IMG/VR virus record: IMGVR_UViG_3300011982_000018
Coordinates: 1-6,142 of that record
Length of the DNA stretch: 6,142 bases
Direction: 5' to 3' (one strand)
Source of the DNA: a virus
Shown here: positions 5,662-6,142 of the stretch, piece by piece
Numbering within the stretch: the stretch's first letter is position 1
How the letters are laid out: every line of letters begins with the position of its first letter
The notes under the pieces: generated by a model
Told to the model about the DNA's origin: nothing
The model's input: the letters and a program-made list of their open reading frames with translations, nothing else
Database searches by the model: none
Program-made: the position numbers and the translations under genes

Positions 5662-5692
5662 CAAAGTTACAAAAAAAACAGAAACTAACAAA
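5662..5692 (-). promoter_or_regulatory. Bacteroidota-type promoter: -33 TTTG, 19-nt spacer, -7 TAACTTTG
   Basis: Minus strand has TTTG at 5692-5689, overlapping the last Rep codons and the TAG stop. A 19-nt spacer follows, then TAACTTTG at 5669-5662. This matches the TTTG-N19-21-TAnnTTTG consensus exactly. The ATG of the 89-aa ORF is 31 nt downstream. Confidence 0.6.
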
Positions 5693-6142
5693 GGTTTATA
5701 GGATATTCTTTAACGCTATTACGTTTTTTTAACTCATAAGCCTCATTATCTTTTAAAATTCTTTCTTCCTGGTCTAACTCTATCAAAGTATCTAATTTTT
5801 CAATACACTTATCAAGTTTATTAGATATATCAATATACTCAAAAGATAAAGATTTAACGTAAGAAAAATATTTTTTTAGCTTATCACATTCTAAGTATCT
5901 ACTATAAGTGTCTGATTGCAAAGCAATATAACGCTTTATATTTTCGATATTAAAAGCATCGAAAAAATTATTTACAAAAGACATAACATTAAAACTATAT
6001 ATTCTAACATATTGACGATATTTTGCCAAAATGCTCGCTAATTTATATATATCATTATTTAAAATGAAACATTTTGATATATAATTAAACTCGCTATCAT
6101 TTGCAAAATGGTTTGCAATAACGTTATAATACTTAAGAGTTA
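5685..6142 (-). CDS. VP4: C-terminal part of the same Rep (VP4). Bases 6117-6142 duplicate 1-26, and 6116-5685 add 143 codons plus a TAG stop.
   Basis: Reading the minus strand from 6116 in the frame set by codon 3..1 gives ANHFANDSEFNYISKCFILNNDIYKLASI with no stop. This runs in frame into the track ORF 5685..6029. The 'M' start of that ORF is really a TTG (Leu) codon at 6029-6027. Total Rep is 314+29+114 = 457 aa. Confidence 0.85.
   Translation of the reverse strand, partial: TLKYYNVIANHFANDSEFNYISKCFILNNDIYKLASILAKYRQYVRIYSFNVMSFVNNFFDAFNIENIKRYIALQSDTYSRYLECDKLKKYFSYVKSLSFEYIDISNKLDKCIEKLDTLIELDQEERILKDNEAYELKKRNSVKEYPINLC
6117..6142. repeat. Terminal redundancy copy 2
   Basis: Exact 26/26 match to 1-26. 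The Rep reading frame is preserved across the join. Confidence 0.95.

Noticed and set aside
5685-6029. Track ORF of 114 aa presented as a standalone gene
   Set aside because: Its 'start' is a TTG at 6029-6027 inside a frame that stays open up to the window end and joins the 1-942 ORF across the circular junction. It is the C-terminus of Rep.
1-6142. Looked by eye for tRNA-like T-arms (GGTTCGA-type), CRISPR-style spaced repeats, integrase or transposase genes, and signs of stop-codon recoding
   Set aside because: I found none. All large ORFs are intact under the standard code, and the only exact long repeat I noticed is the 26-nt terminal overlap.

Overview
The window appears to be one complete circular ssDNA phage genome of the family Microviridae. 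It looks Alpavirinae-like and probably infects a Bacteroidota host. Bases 1-26 repeat exactly at 6117-6142, so the unit length is 6116 nt. All supportable genes lie on the minus strand, so the window shows the complement of the coding (packaged) strand. Reading down the minus strand: an HUH rolling-circle Rep (VP4) starts at 942, runs off position 1 and continues in frame from 6116 to 5685 (457 aa in total). Next come a Bacteroides-type promoter, an 89-aa orphan ORF, and a small protein with LAS/M15 zinc D,D-peptidase motifs (candidate endolysin). A 217-nt GC-rich structured noncoding island follows. After it come a 31-aa transmembrane ORF missing from the ORF track, a 90-aa orphan ORF, the 672-aa major capsid protein VP1, a G/C hairpin with a T-tract, and the 427-aa pilot protein VP2. 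The last element is an intergenic region with a hairpin motif and a dif-like 28-mer. The main points of interest are the peptidoglycan hydrolase plus a possible membrane partner, which is unusual for a microvirus, and the structured noncoding elements that may be origin or integration sites. All family assignments rest on motifs read by eye; no database search was run.
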